IMG/VR virus record: IMGVR_UViG_3300048918_000107
Length of the DNA: 64,000 nucleotides
Strand: one strand, 5' to 3'
From: a virus
The notes below the pieces were generated by a model, which was given only the letters and a program-made list of their open reading frames with translations, was not told the origin of the DNA and ran no database searches. Of this stretch, positions 1 to 8,620 are shown piece by piece (positions within the stretch are counted from its first letter, which is position 1; each line of letters opens with the position of its first letter). Made by a program: the position numbers and the translations under genes.

Positions 1-147
1 CAGGTCCACGCCACCCTGGCCACCATCCCGGACAAGGTCATAAGCGGTTCCAACCTTGTTGGATGCACATGTAGCGTCAATCACGCGGGCGGCGTGCATC
101 AGTATGACCCTGCCTGCCCAGCTCATTTCCCACCACGGAGAGGTTAG
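1..147 (+). CDS. hypothetical protein, 3' end only (truncated by window edge)
   Basis: Frame 1 is open from base 1 to TAG 145-147. The next gene starts 3 nt later. Confidence 0.4.
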   Translation, partial: QVHATLATIPDKVISGSNLVGCTCSVNHAGGVHQYDPACPAHFPPRRG

Positions 148-150
148 AAC

Positions 151-390
151 ATGACCAAGAAGGTTGATCGTGACAAGGCTAAGCGCAAGTACCAGGCGCG
201 CTACGGCTACGCACCATCCGATGACACCGCGCTGACCAACTTCATCGCCGGGCTGACGCACTCGGACTACAACTCCGTGTGCGCCGATACCAGCTCTAGT
301 AGCGGCTGGGATGCAGGCGGCTCCTCCTCGTGCGACAGCGGCTCGTCGGGCAGCAGCTGTGGTGGTGGGGGAGGCTGTGGTGGAAGCTAA
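151..390 (+). CDS. hypothetical protein with basic N-terminus and Gly/Ser/Cys-rich C-terminal tail
   Basis: Track ORF. GGAGAGG RBS lies 6 nt upstream. The tail reads SSSSGWDAGGSSSCDSGSSGSSCGGGGGCGGS. Confidence 0.6.
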   Translation: MTKKVDRDKAKRKYQARYGYAPSDDTALTNFIAGLTHSDYNSVCADTSSSSGWDAGGSSSCDSGSSGSSCGGGGGCGGS

Positions 391-399
391 CCCGCTGCC

Positions 400-648
400 A
401 TGACTGAGCAGGACTTCCAGAGCGAGTATGAGCGCGGCTACGCCGTAGGCAAGTACCACGGCTACACCCAAGGACGCGCAGAAGTCCTGGACCAGCTGCG
501 CAAGATCATCTTTCCCGACGAGGAGAACACTGATGGCCAAAACCAAGGACCAGCTGATCGAAGCCCTGGCCGTCTCCGAGGGCGAGGCATCCCTTTTGAG
601 GGACGAGCTGAACCACACTTACCGGGAGCTGGATTCCGTTACTCGTGA
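400..648 (+). CDS. hypothetical protein (3' third overlaps next gene in another frame)
   Basis: The first ~45 codons look protein-like. The tail is R/G/P-rich and overlaps the well-supported 533 start by 116 nt. Confidence 0.4.
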   Translation: MTEQDFQSEYERGYAVGKYHGYTQGRAEVLDQLRKIIFPDEENTDGQNQGPADRSPGRLRGRGIPFEGRAEPHLPGAGFRYS

Positions 649-1039
649 CCGTGACGAGTTCCGGCAGTTCACTCAGCACGGTCAGCGCGACCGTCGGGAG
701 TTCGAGGACATCCTGGTCGGCATTCTGGACGTCCATCAGCCTTTTGTGGACCTCTCCAACCTCACCCGTGGTGAGAACAGAGAAGGGCGAGACCTGGGCA
801 TCGTGCTGCGCTGCCGCGTCTGCCGCACCCCTGAACACCACACGCGCGGTGAGGAGAACTCCGAGCTGTGGCCCTGCGCCACGCTGAGGCCTTTCGTGCG
901 TACGAGCACTAGCGCTCCAGCAAATACGTCTGAAAATGACGTCCTCAGGTCAGAGGGTGTTTCTCACCAGGGCGAAACGGCCACTCAGCAAACGTGTGAC
1001 GGCAAGATGTGCACCGACGGATGCCCGGAGCATGGCTGA
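533..1039 (+). CDS. hypothetical Cys-rich protein
   Basis: Track ORF. GAGGAG RBS lies 7 nt upstream of the ATG. Confidence 0.6.
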   Translation: MAKTKDQLIEALAVSEGEASLLRDELNHTYRELDSVTRDRDEFRQFTQHGQRDRREFEDILVGILDVHQPFVDLSNLTRGENREGRDLGIVLRCRVCRTPEHHTRGEENSELWPCATLRPFVRTSTSAPANTSENDVLRSEGVSHQGETATQQTCDGKMCTDGCPEHG

Positions 1040-1233
1040 TGGACACCACCACCGGAGAACTGAAGCGCATTCGTGCCACTCTGGCCCGCCAGCGCCTAAC
1101 TCATGAGCACACCCTGGATCGGATGAACGCTTTGGCGGTCAAGGCCATAGACGAGGGCATGACGCAGAAGCGGGTGGCCACGCTGCTCGGTCTGTCATCG
1201 CAACGCGTCTGCCAGATTTACAAAGAAAGGTGA
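1039..1233 (+). CDS. small helix-turn-helix DNA-binding protein
   Basis: ATG overlaps the upstream TGA. The segment MTQKRVATLLGLSSQRVCQIY is HTH-like. Confidence 0.6.
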   Translation: MDTTTGELKRIRATLARQRLTHEHTLDRMNALAVKAIDEGMTQKRVATLLGLSSQRVCQIYKER

Positions 1234-1240
1234 TCACATC

Positions 1241-1609
1241 ATGGGCTACGCAACTTGGCACGCCGCAGGCGTCTACGGTCACGCCTCACGCCGAGGACCA
1301 GGTCCAGCCTGGGATGACAAGACCAGGGGCGACAAGTGGAGCATCGCGCTCATCTTCTTCGTGTTCTTGATCCTGCCCATTGTCGTCGCCTTGATCCTCA
1401 TCTGGCTTATGGTCATCGCGCCACCGACACCAACACCGAACTGTACGACATTGCCGCGCTGTGCTGAGACCACGTCAGTCAAGGCCGATGAGCGCAGCAC
1501 CCTATTGCCCACGGTGCCGCCCGCACTACCTACCTACATCACCAAGGACGACGGCACACGCATCAGCTGTGGGCCCAATCAGCGTTGGTGCTGGGAGCCA
1601 CAACCATGA
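1241..1609 (+). CDS. membrane protein
   Basis: Track ORF with a hydrophobic helix WSIALIFFVFLILPIVVALILIWLMVIA. Confidence 0.6.
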   Translation: MGYATWHAAGVYGHASRRGPGPAWDDKTRGDKWSIALIFFVFLILPIVVALILIWLMVIAPPTPTPNCTTLPRCAETTSVKADERSTLLPTVPPALPTYITKDDGTRISCGPNQRWCWEPQP

Positions 1610-2010
1610 CTGTTGAAGCGGTATTCACCTGCAAAGACCCACTGATCCAGCGCTACGTCGAGGAGGAGTTCGGTCCTCGGTTCACCCGCGTCCTGCGGGA
1701 AGCTAAAAATCCCAATGAGCAGCGAGATGTCTTGGAGAAGTGCCGCAACATTCTGGCTAAAGAGGCTGATCGTCAGGACTGGTTCGAATACGACATGTGC
1801 AATCTGGGTCACCGACATGAGAGGGTCGACCTCTATGGTCGCAAGGAGTTCCTGATCCCTGAAGTGGATGTGCGTCTGTCTGAGTCGCCACCGTGGGCCG
1901 TTCCTGCCGAGACAGTGGCCAGCAAGCCGCACATCTGCAACACGCCGTACGGTCCGCGCTGCTGGTGTGAGGACGAGCTGTCCCACGACCGGAGGACGAT
2001 GAACAAATGA
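1606..2010 (+). CDS. hypothetical protein
   Basis: ATGA overlap with the upstream stop. The start was moved from the track start at 1585. Confidence 0.6.
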   Translation: MTVEAVFTCKDPLIQRYVEEEFGPRFTRVLREAKNPNEQRDVLEKCRNILAKEADRQDWFEYDMCNLGHRHERVDLYGRKEFLIPEVDVRLSESPPWAVPAETVASKPHICNTPYGPRCWCEDELSHDRRTMNK

Positions 2011-2390
2011 CTGGTCCTGACGAGTACCCTCACGTGAATGGGCACTGCCCGGCTTGCGGTAAGGAGCAGTTGGTCCTGGTAGGCAGCGACCTGATGTGTC
2101 TGCAGAAGGGGTGCTCAGCTCCGGACACGGCCACCAAGCTGCTGGCCGACTCTGAGACCGAGCATGTGGTCCGATTTGATGAGAGCGGATTCTTCACGGT
2201 GCGTCACCCTTTGCGGGAACGCGTCGGCGGCTCTCTCTTCGACTGCGGCGTCCACAGCCTCGTCTCCGATATGTGCGAAGGATTCGGCGGGCCTGGTGAG
2301 GGCCTGCACCGCCTGGTCTTCACACCAGAGGTCTACGTCCCCGGAGGACCGGATCAAGAGCCCGACTATCACCTGGAGCCGATCGAATGA
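2007..2390 (+). CDS. hypothetical protein with N-terminal zinc-ribbon-like CxxC pair
   Basis: ATGA overlap. Cys pattern CPACGKEQLVLVGSDLMCLQKGC. Confidence 0.6.
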   Translation: MTGPDEYPHVNGHCPACGKEQLVLVGSDLMCLQKGCSAPDTATKLLADSETEHVVRFDESGFFTVRHPLRERVGGSLFDCGVHSLVSDMCEGFGGPGEGLHRLVFTPEVYVPGGPDQEPDYHLEPIE

Positions 2391-2746
2391 TCACCCGACG
2401 CATAGAACACCTGTTCAAATGCGACCGTGACTGTGGGCGCACAGACCCCATTGTGGCCTCAGGGACTGATGATGCCGTGGCCCATGCCCGCACTCACGGC
2501 TGGCTGGTGCTCATGGGCAAACAGGAGCTGCAGGGCTGCTTCCTTGTCGGTCCGGGTGTTGTGGACCAGCACGTCACTTCCTACACCACGATCTGCCCCG
2601 ATTGCATGAAGCGGGATGAGCGTCCGCAGAACCATGACGAGATCGAAGCGTTCCTGGACATCTTCTACGAGGCGCACAACAACAACACGGTGGGTTTGGT
2701 GCGCGACACGTGGGACCGACGTCGCTACGAGATGCGTGAAGCGTGA
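2387..2746 (+). CDS. hypothetical protein
   Basis: Track ORF with ATGA overlap to the upstream gene. Confidence 0.6.
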   Translation: MITRRIEHLFKCDRDCGRTDPIVASGTDDAVAHARTHGWLVLMGKQELQGCFLVGPGVVDQHVTSYTTICPDCMKRDERPQNHDEIEAFLDIFYEAHNNNTVGLVRDTWDRRRYEMREA

Positions 2747-2831
2747 CCGTGGACCTGTCCAAGGTTTGGTCTTGCTGTAGTTTCTAGGACCTGATCGGTG
2801 TGGCCACGCGGGACAAGACGCGCAAATTCGG

Positions 2832-2861
2832 TAGTATTCAGCTCTAGGAACTGGTACACTT
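2832..2861 (+). promoter_or_regulatory. early-type promoter, weak -35
   Basis: Box CTCTAGGAACTGG 2842-2854. -10 TACACT. Leaderless ATG 2868. A degenerate box copy TTCTAGGACCTG lies at 2782-2793. Confidence 0.45.
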
Positions 2862-2867
2862 ACTGTC

Positions 2868-3383
2868 ATGACTGAAACCCCACCCACAGGTGATTTCACC
2901 CAGATGCCGGGCAACTGGCGGTTGTACGGCACTCCCCCTCGTCGCAAGCTGGTGCGCCTCAATGAGGCCGGAATGCCACTTGAGTGGATATACGAGGATG
3001 GCGGTGGACGTTTTTCCACGCCGGAATTCACTACCAAGCTCGCCGAGCTGCAGCGGTTCGCTCGCGAGCAGGCCGTCCTGAAGATTCAGGAGCGTGAGCT
3101 GGTCGCTGCGCGTGAGAGTGATGATCGTGAGGACGGTCGACGTCGCGCGGAAGCTCGGCGGGCAGCTGAAGAGATTGCGTCAGCGTCATCCACCGAGCAC
3201 ACCACGGAGTTCTGGGTGCGTCGCCCTGGCCAGCCCAAGAGTCATCACCACGGTCCGGTCGACACTGCCGCCGATGCGCGTCTGATCGCGAGCCTGCTCA
3301 ATCTCTACAGTCCGCCTGATGAAGGCGACGGAGAGTGGGAGGCCTATGTTGTCGAGACCACCGAGGAAGAGCGGCTGATCTGA
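2868..3383 (+). CDS. hypothetical protein (leaderless start)
   Basis: Track ORF. The ATG lies 7 nt after the -10-like TACACT that follows a TCTAGGAACTG box. Confidence 0.65.
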   Translation: MTETPPTGDFTQMPGNWRLYGTPPRRKLVRLNEAGMPLEWIYEDGGGRFSTPEFTTKLAELQRFAREQAVLKIQERELVAARESDDREDGRRRAEARRAAEEIASASSTEHTTEFWVRRPGQPKSHHHGPVDTAADARLIASLLNLYSPPDEGDGEWEAYVVETTEEERLI

Positions 3384-3712
3384 TGGCCGAGATCAACTTG
3401 CCTAACCTGGAGTCGCTCAAGTACGAGACCAACCGCCTGCGTCAGCACATGAACTCCCGTATCGGTGCGACGCCGGGCACCACGCGCAACCCTGATGCAC
3501 CAGCCACGGTTGCTGAGGTGACCGAGCTGTCCATCTTGCTCGATCAGGTGCTGAACATGCTGGCTCCGACCTCTGACAACGCGCGTCTTACCGCGATCGA
3601 GAACAACATCGCCGAGCTGAACCGGCATCAGCATCAGTACTACGTGTCCACCCTCAAGGGCAAGCAACTCGTCAAGACCACACGCCCTGTCGGATTCGGG
3701 AGCAAGCGATGA
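3383..3712 (+). CDS. hypothetical protein
   Basis: TGATG overlap with the upstream stop. In frame with track ORF 3335. Confidence 0.6.
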   Translation: MAEINLPNLESLKYETNRLRQHMNSRIGATPGTTRNPDAPATVAEVTELSILLDQVLNMLAPTSDNARLTAIENNIAELNRHQHQYYVSTLKGKQLVKTTRPVGFGSKR

Positions 3713-3786
3713 CCTGGGTCTGGTGGTGGCGGTGGATGGTTCTCATCACTCTCGTGTCCATCAACGCAGGCGTGTGGTTGCGGTGA
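3709..3786 (+). CDS. possible 25-aa hydrophobic Trp-rich micropeptide
   Basis: ATGA overlap. Peptide MTWVWWWRWMVLITLVSINAGVWLR. Below the track size cutoff. Confidence 0.3.
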   Translation: MTWVWWWRWMVLITLVSINAGVWLR

Positions 3787-3818
3787 AGGACCCCCGCTAA
3801 GCTCAGGAAGGATAAGTC

Positions 3819-4145
3819 ATGAGCATCGAAGATCAGTTCCACATGTCGGACAAGAACGAGCACGGCATGATCGTCACCTTCGACATCATCGAAGACGAGT
3901 CCGGTGACACCTACTGGGCCTATGGCCACGACATCACCCCTGAGCGCTTCACCGAGGAGCTGAGCCGATGGCTGGCGCATACCACCAACGAGACCTTGAG
4001 TGTCCACAAGGACACGCCACTGCATCTGGACCGGCTGTGGGCCCAGTACAACCCCAATCAGGCCGAGTACTTCAGCTTGACCGAGCCGCCCGCCTGCCAT
4101 CCGAGCGACTCCGAGAAGTTCCCCGTGACGCGGGTGATGCTCTGA
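3819..4145 (+). CDS. hypothetical acidic protein
   Basis: Track ORF with an AGGAAGGA RBS. Confidence 0.65.
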   Translation: MSIEDQFHMSDKNEHGMIVTFDIIEDESGDTYWAYGHDITPERFTEELSRWLAHTTNETLSVHKDTPLHLDRLWAQYNPNQAEYFSLTEPPACHPSDSEKFPVTRVML

Positions 4146-4321
4146 TGCCCCGCAAGATCGCAGGCCAAGGCTGGCAGAACCGCAACTCGCGCACCGGCAA
4201 GCTCATCTGCGGTGCGGACTTCAACGAGACCCAGTTCGGCTGGGACACCTGCACGCGTGACAGTGGCCACCGTGGTGATCACTACGACGGCATCAGCAAG
4301 CACTACGGGTCGAACACATGA
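4145..4321 (+). CDS. hypothetical protein
   Basis: TGATG overlap. In frame with the tail of track ORF 3968. Confidence 0.5.
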   Translation: MPRKIAGQGWQNRNSRTGKLICGADFNETQFGWDTCTRDSGHRGDHYDGISKHYGSNT

Positions 4322-4494
4322 GTCAGGAAGTCAAGTCCCTACAGGACCTCGCTCAAGAAGTAGAGGACCTCGTCAAGAGCGTGGCGACGCTGGAGAAGCG
4401 CTTCGAAGACCACACCCATCACTACTTCGAAGACAATCCGCATGACGCGTACGACAAGTGGGAGAACGACACCTCAGGCCCGGTGACGTCATGA
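4318..4494 (+). CDS. hypothetical coiled-coil-like protein (58 aa)
   Basis: ATGA overlap at both ends. Not in the track because it is under 60 aa. Confidence 0.5.
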   Translation: MSQEVKSLQDLAQEVEDLVKSVATLEKRFEDHTHHYFEDNPHDAYDKWENDTSGPVTS

Positions 4495-4646
4495 CGTTCG
4501 ATCAGATCGATCCGCTCGCCGATGTCGACTGCGTCTACGGTGAGGCAGGCATGCGCATCTGCGGATATACCCGAGGCTTCGTGCAGTCGTTCTGCTGCCA
4601 CCACGGTGAGGGCATCCCGGTAGAAGAGACAGGGATGAGCACGTGA
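4491..4646 (+). CDS. hypothetical protein
   Basis: ATGA overlap. In frame with track ORF 4458. Confidence 0.5.
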   Translation: MTFDQIDPLADVDCVYGEAGMRICGYTRGFVQSFCCHHGEGIPVEETGMST

Positions 4647-4858
4647 CCATGTGGGACGGCACGGTGCCGATCTTCGATCAGCTGGTGAGCGAGATAGGTT
4701 ATCCGTTCGACTATGACTGCTCCATCTCCTTCCCACGGTGGGAGGACTGGAAGCCGATCTTCTCGCACTACAGAGTCGGCCATCGCGTCGGCCTGAAGGA
4801 CCGTCAGGACTACTGCGCCACGTGCGAGAAGGTGCTGCCGAAGGTGGGTGGATTTTGA
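4643..4858 (+). CDS. hypothetical protein
   Basis: Track ORF. GTGA overlap, with an alternative ATG at 4649. Confidence 0.55.
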   Translation: MTMWDGTVPIFDQLVSEIGYPFDYDCSISFPRWEDWKPIFSHYRVGHRVGLKDRQDYCATCEKVLPKVGGF

Positions 4859-5151
4859 GGAAGGGCATCGCCGAGATCAACAAGCAGATCAAGCGCACCT
4901 CGTGGGAATCCGACCCGACCCCACAGCGCCGCTGCGGCACGTCCATTCAGCAGGAGAAGCTGGACCGGCGCATCCACGACGAGCGCCAGGCCTACTACGA
5001 CTCACTCAATGGCCCGGTGTCGCTGGGCCGTGATGAGAACTGCACGTGCCGTCCGTTCGCTATCAACGACGACGGCACAGACCCCAGAGACCACAACTGC
5101 CCGCTGCACGGCTGTCGGGGATTCGACGAGCCGTTCGGGTGGTGTGGATGA
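4855..5151 (+). CDS. hypothetical Cys-containing protein
   Basis: TTGA overlap start is inferred. In frame with track ORF 4738. The start is uncertain. Confidence 0.5.
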   Translation: MRKGIAEINKQIKRTSWESDPTPQRRCGTSIQQEKLDRRIHDERQAYYDSLNGPVSLGRDENCTCRPFAINDDGTDPRDHNCPLHGCRGFDEPFGWCG

Positions 5152-5204
5152 TGGTTTGGATGGCACTGATCACCATGATCACCGTCTGGATTCTGTTGTC
5201 CTGA
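5148..5204 (+). CDS. possible 18-aa hydrophobic micropeptide
   Basis: ATGA overlap. Peptide MMVWMALITMITVWILLS. Confidence 0.25.
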   Translation: MMVWMALITMITVWILLS

Positions 5205-5218
5205 GAGAAAGAGAGTTG

Positions 5219-5332
5219 ATGGACGTTTTCGATGTGATCGGTGAGTTCCTGGAGGACATGCCCTGGGAGTTCGTCGTGACGTTCTTGTTCGGTGCGCTCG
5301 TGGGCGCGGGATTGATGTGGTGGTACTTGTGA
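5219..5332 (+). CDS. possible 37-aa single-pass membrane peptide
   Basis: A purine-rich RBS (GAGAGAAAGAGAG) precedes the ATG. Hydrophobic tail FVVTFLFGALVGAGLMWWYL. Confidence 0.4.
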   Translation: MDVFDVIGEFLEDMPWEFVVTFLFGALVGAGLMWWYL

Positions 5333-5535
5333 GTGACGAACCTCAGCTGCTGGCCGACTGGCTTGGTCAGGGCATTGCGTCCCAGTTCGACGTCCAGGAC
5401 ACCAGCATGACCGGGCCTTACACCTTGGACGTCGCCGGTCCGATCGATCTGGAAGAGTTGGCCGTGTTCCTTGCGCAGAAGCAGGCGCTGCGCCAGATCA
5501 AGTGGCCACCGGCCAAGATCAGTGGGTCGCTATGA
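5329..5535 (+). CDS. hypothetical protein
   Basis: GTGA overlap. In frame with track ORF 5317. Confidence 0.55.
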   Translation: MSDEPQLLADWLGQGIASQFDVQDTSMTGPYTLDVAGPIDLEELAVFLAQKQALRQIKWPPAKISGSL

Positions 5536-5684
5536 CCGGCCCAGAAGAGCGCCGCGCGCACGCCTTGCGTGCCGCCGTGCTCTACCACAAGGAACAGAGC
5601 GCTAGTGAGCGCCGAGTGCTGCAGACCGCGCAGGCATTCGAGAAGTTCATCAATCATGGCAGCATTGAGACGTCGGAGCACTGA
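5532..5684 (+). CDS. hypothetical protein
   Basis: ATGA overlap. In frame with track ORF 5502. Confidence 0.5.
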   Translation: MTGPEERRAHALRAAVLYHKEQSASERRVLQTAQAFEKFINHGSIETSEH

Positions 5685-6181
5685 TGGTGGAATCCAGAAT
5701 CGGTCCGTGCGGTGGGCAAGGTGGGTTCATCACGCTACTGCGTCCCAATGAGCAGGGCGTGCTCAATCGCATGGCCTACTTGCAGATCATCGAGCATGAC
5801 ACGCCACGCCCATTTGACGAACCTCCCATGGACAAGCACCGTCTGGTGCTAAAATTCTATGAGCTGTGGAGCAGGACTTTCTGGGATGACATCGTAGCCA
5901 GCGATGACCAGTGGTCGGCCTTGTGTGATCGGATGAAGTCCGGGGAGATCGTCATGCAGCAGATCATCAGATCGCCTGTGAATAGGATGCGTCGCCGTCA
6001 GTTCGATCTCGATCGCGCCACCTTCCATCCGGACCTGAAGAACGTCATACTCACGAGGAAGGACGACAGCCCGATGTTCACTCAGGCAGGCATCATCCTG
6101 CCGTGGCAGTTCATCATCAATGGCGCTGGCCCTGCCCGCATGGTCCCCGAACCCGAAGACGAGAAAGAGAAGCCCGTATGA
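5684..6181 (+). CDS. hypothetical protein
   Basis: Track ORF with TGATG overlap. Confidence 0.65.
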   Translation: MVESRIGPCGGQGGFITLLRPNEQGVLNRMAYLQIIEHDTPRPFDEPPMDKHRLVLKFYELWSRTFWDDIVASDDQWSALCDRMKSGEIVMQQIIRSPVNRMRRRQFDLDRATFHPDLKNVILTRKDDSPMFTQAGIILPWQFIINGAGPARMVPEPEDEKEKPV

Positions 6182-6828
6182 CCCGACCACTTCAGACGCC
6201 CAGTGGTATGCCCGCGAGCACGCCCATCCCCCGCATGCCAGACGGCTCGCCGATGACCAAGAGCCAGGCCCGCATGAAGCGCGCTCTTACCAACGTCGAA
6301 GCCCGACTGAGTACTGCCCCTGAAGAGCCCGCGTTCGATGAGCAGACCGCCGCCGAGTACTTGGAGAAGTACCCACCGGTCATGTGGAAGGACGATGAGA
6401 GCGCCCATATCCATCCCGCCACAGAATCAAAGAACGTCGACTTCGAGCAGAAGTTCGAGCCGGGCATCTACACAGATAGCACCGAGCCCTGGGTCGATGA
6501 CAGCGAGCGAATGGCCCGTAACCCTGAGACTGCCGAGCGGCTGAGCAAGCTCACCGACGAGCAGGTGATCTCCATGCAGGTGGACAATCCTGAGCCAGTC
6601 CTCAAGACTCTGGGTGTGGAGGTCGATCCGCAGGTGGTCACCGAGGCCTTCAGGGACGCTGAAGCGCTGAACGAAGAGCATCAGGCCGAGGTCGACGCCT
6701 ACGACGCCGAAGCGGTTCGATTGAAGATGAACGAGGAGACACTGCGCTCCCGTGAGAAGACCCCGGCGCAGAAGCGCGCGGAGACCATGGCCCGCAAGAA
6801 GGCCGAGAGAGAGGCCGACAATGGCTGA
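6178..6828 (+). CDS. hypothetical acidic protein
   Basis: ATGA overlap. In frame with track ORF 6103. Confidence 0.65.
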   Translation: MTRPLQTPSGMPASTPIPRMPDGSPMTKSQARMKRALTNVEARLSTAPEEPAFDEQTAAEYLEKYPPVMWKDDESAHIHPATESKNVDFEQKFEPGIYTDSTEPWVDDSERMARNPETAERLSKLTDEQVISMQVDNPEPVLKTLGVEVDPQVVTEAFRDAEALNEEHQAEVDAYDAEAVRLKMNEETLRSREKTPAQKRAETMARKKAEREADNG

Positions 6829-7009
6829 CGTGACCGCTGCCGACATCAAGGAACTCGCCGACAAGGTCGCCGACATCGCCATGGCTGGTGAGTTTCAGGG
6901 TGAGAACATTCTCGATGACTCCTACGTCAACGAGCGCCTATCCTGGGCTCTGTCTGGGCTGACCCAGGTTTTCGATCATCTCGCGAGCAAGGAGTCCACT
7001 GATGGATAG
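6821..7009 (+). CDS. hypothetical protein
   Basis: ATG lies 8 nt inside the upstream gene end. In frame with track ORF 6752. Confidence 0.55.
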   Translation: MADVTAADIKELADKVADIAMAGEFQGENILDDSYVNERLSWALSGLTQVFDHLASKESTDG

Positions 7010-7271
7010 TCCTGATCAGGTTCTTAGCACTACGACCGCACGGGTGTTTCAGGACCCCGACGGCTACGAGATTGTGGAGCTGAGCTTCAGTAATGGGTCA
7101 GCCCTGCTGATGCATGCCTCTCAGTACTACGCCATCATCTACGACACCGCCAGCGATGAAGGGCGCATCGAAGCCACGTTGCAGATTCACAAGCACCGGG
7201 TCGCTCAGCAGGGCAAGCGTGAAGCCACCTTGGCTCAGGAAGCACTCGATGCTCGTCAGGCTGCAGGATGA
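7002..7271 (+). CDS. hypothetical protein
   Basis: Track ORF. Confidence 0.6.
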   Translation: MDSPDQVLSTTTARVFQDPDGYEIVELSFSNGSALLMHASQYYAIIYDTASDEGRIEATLQIHKHRVAQQGKREATLAQEALDARQAAG

Positions 7272-7771
7272 CCGACTGTGTGTTTTGCCCGGACAACTGG
7301 GACAACCTGGACATCGTGTCTAGGCACACGATGAGCACTGGCGAGTACGCCATCGTCAATCCGCTCGACCCGGTGACGATGGGCCACGTGCTGGTGATCA
7401 GCGCCGAGCACACCTCCAACGCCGCTCACAAGCCCTACCAAGTGTCGGGGCCGCTGTTCGCTATCGCCTGCGATTACGCCGATCGCTTCATCGACCAGGC
7501 CAACATCATCACCAGCATCGGCCCGGACGCCACGCAGACGGTGATGCACACGCACGTCCACGTCGTCCCCAGACGCCCGAACGACGGCCTGCCGCTGCCC
7601 TGGACGCCGCAGCACGAGCTGAAGCGCCTGCATGCTATTCAGGCCCTGCGGCAGGTTCAGAAGGAGTCGAGCTTCGACAATTACTCCATGGGCATCTTCC
7701 AGCAGCAGCCGACATCGTGGCCCGAGGTGGCCGATAAGCTCGCAGAAGGGCTGACTTACGGTGACGACTAG
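7268..7771 (+). CDS. HIT (histidine triad) family nucleotide hydrolase/transferase
   Basis: Histidine triad HTHVHVVPR and N-terminal CVFC. ATGA overlap with the upstream gene. Confidence 0.75.
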   Translation: MTDCVFCPDNWDNLDIVSRHTMSTGEYAIVNPLDPVTMGHVLVISAEHTSNAAHKPYQVSGPLFAIACDYADRFIDQANIITSIGPDATQTVMHTHVHVVPRRPNDGLPLPWTPQHELKRLHAIQALRQVQKESSFDNYSMGIFQQQPTSWPEVADKLAEGLTYGDD

Positions 7772-8192
7772 CGCGCGCCCGACCACCCTGCGGCATCCGC
7801 AGGCATCCCTGGAGGCGACGATTGCCTCAAAGCTCACCGTGCTGGGCAGTGGTATCGACCCCGGCGACCGCCGAAGGCTGTCTCTGGAGATCATCGCCGA
7901 CATCAAGGAGCTGATCTATCTGGAGGTCGCCGAGGCGCTCAAGCCGACGCCAGAGCCCGAGCCTGTGATCTATGAACAGGACCTGCGCAAGCACCTGTAC
8001 CGCACCGGCCTGCACGATTGGGCCATCTCGCTCACCCACATTCCCACCGGCTTCAAGGAGGGCCGCAACAGCGGCGAGCTGGGCGAGAATCTCGAACCCC
8101 TCTGGAAGTCGCAACTGCAGGCAACCGCCGACGCCCTTAACGCCTTGGAGGGAAGAGTCCGTGCTGAACTCGCGCGTACGGCTGGCAACTGA
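7761..8192 (+). CDS. hypothetical protein
   Basis: Track ORF with a GTG start. Confidence 0.6.
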   Translation: MTTSARPTTLRHPQASLEATIASKLTVLGSGIDPGDRRRLSLEIIADIKELIYLEVAEALKPTPEPEPVIYEQDLRKHLYRTGLHDWAISLTHIPTGFKEGRNSGELGENLEPLWKSQLQATADALNALEGRVRAELARTAGN

Positions 8193-8352
8193 TACCCATC
8201 AGTGCCCGGCCTGCCTGGCCTATCCCGGTGACGTCTGCGTGCCGCGACAGGATGACGATTCTCCCTGGATGCACAAGGACCGAGGCGACGTCTACGACCT
8301 GAACCTGCGTATCGATGCCGCTGCCGCACGCGGAGAGTTCGTGCTGCGATGA
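8161..8352 (+). CDS. small CxxC-P-C-H zinc-finger-like protein (paralog family)
   Basis: GTG start with a GGAGGGA RBS. Motif QCPACLAYPGDVCV...H. Confidence 0.5.
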   Translation: MLNSRVRLATDTHQCPACLAYPGDVCVPRQDDDSPWMHKDRGDVYDLNLRIDAAAARGEFVLR

Positions 8353-8570
8353 GCGACAACTGCGAGAACAGCATCTTCTCCAAGGAGCGCAACCGAGTGG
8401 GCTCATGCCCACACCCGGAGAAGCGCCGGTTCTACTCCAAGCATGAGGCCAACGGTGCAGCCGGGCTGAACAGGGATGAGAGGACCAGGGATGTCGACGG
8501 TAAGACGATGCGCGTCTATCAGTGCGGCATGCACTTCCATTTGACCAGCTCACCGGTTTGGATCGAGTAA
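8349..8570 (+). CDS. hypothetical protein
   Basis: Track ORF with ATGA overlap. Confidence 0.6.
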   Translation: MSDNCENSIFSKERNRVGSCPHPEKRRFYSKHEANGAAGLNRDERTRDVDGKTMRVYQCGMHFHLTSSPVWIE

Positions 8571-8584
8571 TTTGTTCCAGGGGC

Positions 8585-8614
8585 TTGCATTAGTTCCAGG
8601 ACCTGTGCCATACT
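8585..8614 (+). promoter_or_regulatory. early-type promoter
   Basis: TTGCAT-18 nt-CATACT with a TTCCAGGACCTG box. ATG 8621 lies 7 nt after the -10. Confidence 0.6.
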
Positions 8615-8620
8615 TGAGTC

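Noticed and set aside
151-390. A complete azole-peptide (LAP) biosynthetic cluster around the Gly/Ser/Cys-tailed ORF.
   Set aside because: No YcaO, cyclodehydratase, dehydrogenase or ABC exporter genes are visible in the following 60 kb. Only the precursor-like peptide is reported.
400-1039. Programmed ribosomal frameshift joining ORF 400-648 to ORF 533-1039.
   Set aside because: No X XXY YYZ slippery heptamer or downstream structure exists in the 116-nt overlap. ORF 533 has its own GAGGAG RBS and ATG. A plain overlap, or a mis-called end of the first ORF, is more likely.
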